Shown here piece by piece: positions 61,967 through 64,000 of a stretch of 64,000 bases of DNA. The stretch covers positions 124,001 through 188,000 of the forward strand of contig JBEWZL010000244.1 of NCBI GenBank assembly GCA_045837725.1, read 5' to 3'. The position numbers and the translations under genes were made by a program. This DNA comes from Vermamoeba vermiformis. Its lineage: Eukaryota. Position 1 is the first letter of the stretch; the number at the start of each line of letters is the position of its first letter. A model generated the notes under the pieces. The model was given only the letters and a program-made list of their open reading frames with translations, made no database searches and was not told the DNA's origin.

Positions 61967-63429
61967 ATGGTAGAACTCATTATCGCACTCGGTGCGGAAC
62001 TAGGCACCTATTTATTATTTGCATTGTGTTGCTTCCACGCGATATTCTACCACAGAAAAGATTTGACATTTTTGTTCTCCTTAATAGCTGGATCTGTCTA
62101 TGGAGTGGCGCTAGAGTATTTAAGCATGATGCTATTCAATGCATATACCTATCCTCAATTTTTGGTGATGGTGGGACCCGTGCCCTTAATGGTAAATCGC
62201 AAAAAACAACTTGGGATCGCAATTTAAATTCCTTGTTTTATCGTTATAATTTATTCATAATATCTGTTTCTTAATATGCTATAACCTACTACTATGATTA
62301 ATTGATGTTTCTGTTTGGATCCAGATCGGAATAGATTGGTCGTTGATCATTTACACAGCAATGATTACGAGCGACAAGTTATCAAGAGGCGGAAAATTGG
62401 TCCGAAGCTTTATAGATGCATTTTTAGTATTAAATATAGACTTTGGCATTGACGCCATTGCCATCCGATTAGGTAAATGATTTTATACTTTAATTTGCAA
62501 CGATCAAATTAATTTATTGGTACTAATATATAATGTAAAGGATTTTGGACTTGGAATCCACCAGGAGTTTACTATGGAGTGCCACTGTCAAATTTTTTTG
62601 CGTGGTACGTCGTTGGCTGGGGCTTCAGCTGGTGGCTCCGTTTGTTTAGAAGCAAAATACGCCGACATTGGCAATATTCAGACGAAGGATTATTCTGCAA
62701 GCGTATTTTGGAGATTATAGTGCCCTTCGTAGTCGTTATTCTGTCGCTATTCGTATTGTTGATTTCTTTATTTATTTTTGGCCTATCAATGGGCCTCACC
62801 GGCGTATTTGCTGGTATTACAGAAGGCTTTAATGTAGCTGATTCTAGCGTAGTTACTGCTCAGGTACGGTTATTATTTATTTAATTGGATCCGACAGTCA
62901 TTCAATTTAACTGATTATTCTTCCTTCAGATTGTAATTATTTGTATATTTTTATTGCCTAGTGTATTTGTTATACTAGCCAATGTTATTACGCGACGATT
63001 TTACTACAAGCATCCGTTGACAATCGGAGCTGTCATCATCGGCATCGTTCCAGCTTGTTTCCATGGCTTCTTCTTCGTGATGATATTTTGGTTCGGCATT
63101 TATAAAGAAGCGCCTGTATTATTAGTGATATCTATAGTAATGGGAGCTATCGGTAAGACAAAACGAATTAGTTAGTCTAACGAATCCAGTACGCTAACTT
63201 ATGCTCAATTATAGGCGCATTACTACATATTTGGCCGTACTCTAAAGATATTTACTTGCGAATAAAGCGTTGCAAGCCATTTAAGGCACAAGTACGCAAG
63301 CCAGTAACGGTTGACGATCTCGAGACCGAAGACGATGAAACGAGCTTGAAAGGCGATATTAACGGAAGCGTATATGATCATCAGCCATTAATCAACGATA
63401 CCCACAATAAACCTTTTGGCGACTTGTAA
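61967..63429 (+). CDS. DUF422/CruF-like multi-pass membrane protein
   Basis: E....Y.Y...GPVPL.IG..W, DFGIDAIAIRLGFWTW and YGVPLSNFFAWY match the DUF422/CruF pattern. Extra C-terminal TMs and an acidic tail. Confidence 0.7.
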
Positions 63430-63602
63430 ACTCATAACGACCTGGATCGTCGAACTAATTTTCCATTAACTCTCGGATTTTACGTTGGATATTCGTTACT
63501 TCGGTAATTATAATAAGAAAAAACGAAAAATTGTATAAATAAGTCCTTTTTTCTTATTGTTGTTCGTGTCACACACGATCATACAACATCAGATCGGTAT
63601 TC

Positions 63603-64000
63603 ATGGACAAAACACACGACGCCAATGATATATTCAGTAACAACATGACGGAAATGACAGATCATGCGGAGTGGGAAGACTTGCTCCAATTAGGAAACGA
63701 GATTGATACGAGCGACGTTACATCCGCTGATAGCTCAGCAGATAACATTAGTTACGACAATAATTCGCCTTACAATGAGCAATATGAACCTCCTAAGAAG
63801 AAAAGAAAATTAAATGATCGCAAGAGTGAGAGTTCTCAATCAATTGGCTGGCGGATCTTGCCAATGCAATTTTCAAAAATTATTAATCAGCAGGGAATCA
63901 TTATGTAAGCATCTCGTACATTTATATCAATTTTATAATTTATTTTTAAATATTTAATGGCTGATCCAATCCCCGACAGCAACGAGCAATTTCAGTTGAA
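63603..64000 (+). CDS. Hypothetical protein, 5' part (continues beyond window)
   Basis: Acidic N-terminus with the NLS-like PPKKKRK; GTAAG donor at ~63905. Confidence 0.45.

Overview
Gene-dense, intron-rich eukaryotic DNA. Introns are mostly 45-100 nt GT-AG with CTAAC/CTAAT-type branch points, and the gene content suggests a free-living amoeboid protist (inference). About 27 protein-coding genes can be spliced by eye. Recognisable ones are SMC6 (3' end), an ependymin-related protein, F-box and F-box/ankyrin proteins, a Ca-binding EGF-repeat membrane protein, two SDR epimerases/reductases, GH1 beta-glucosidase, dCTP deaminase, a PDI-like protein, START and TBC proteins, DHX16/Prp2, Mpv17 and a DUF422/CruF-like protein. 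Two RNA genes are present: a U1 snRNA (24088-24249, -) and a tRNA-Ala(AGC) inside an intron of the TBC gene. Most notable: (i) a SET/MYND methyltransferase gene nested antisense in, and almost filling, a 1.9-kb intron of a CaaX-terminated CDC123-like ATP-grasp gene; (ii) two tandem giant Cys-rich receptors with a TOM1/GPR137-like 7TM domain, showing patchwork identity and intron differences; (iii) a spliced fusion of a periplasmic-binding-protein domain to a SAM methyltransferase; (iv) a CBM20-CBM20-LRR protein with a C-terminal F-box-like motif, joined through a GC-AG intron. All calls come from manual reading; no searches were run, and some terminal coordinates are approximate.
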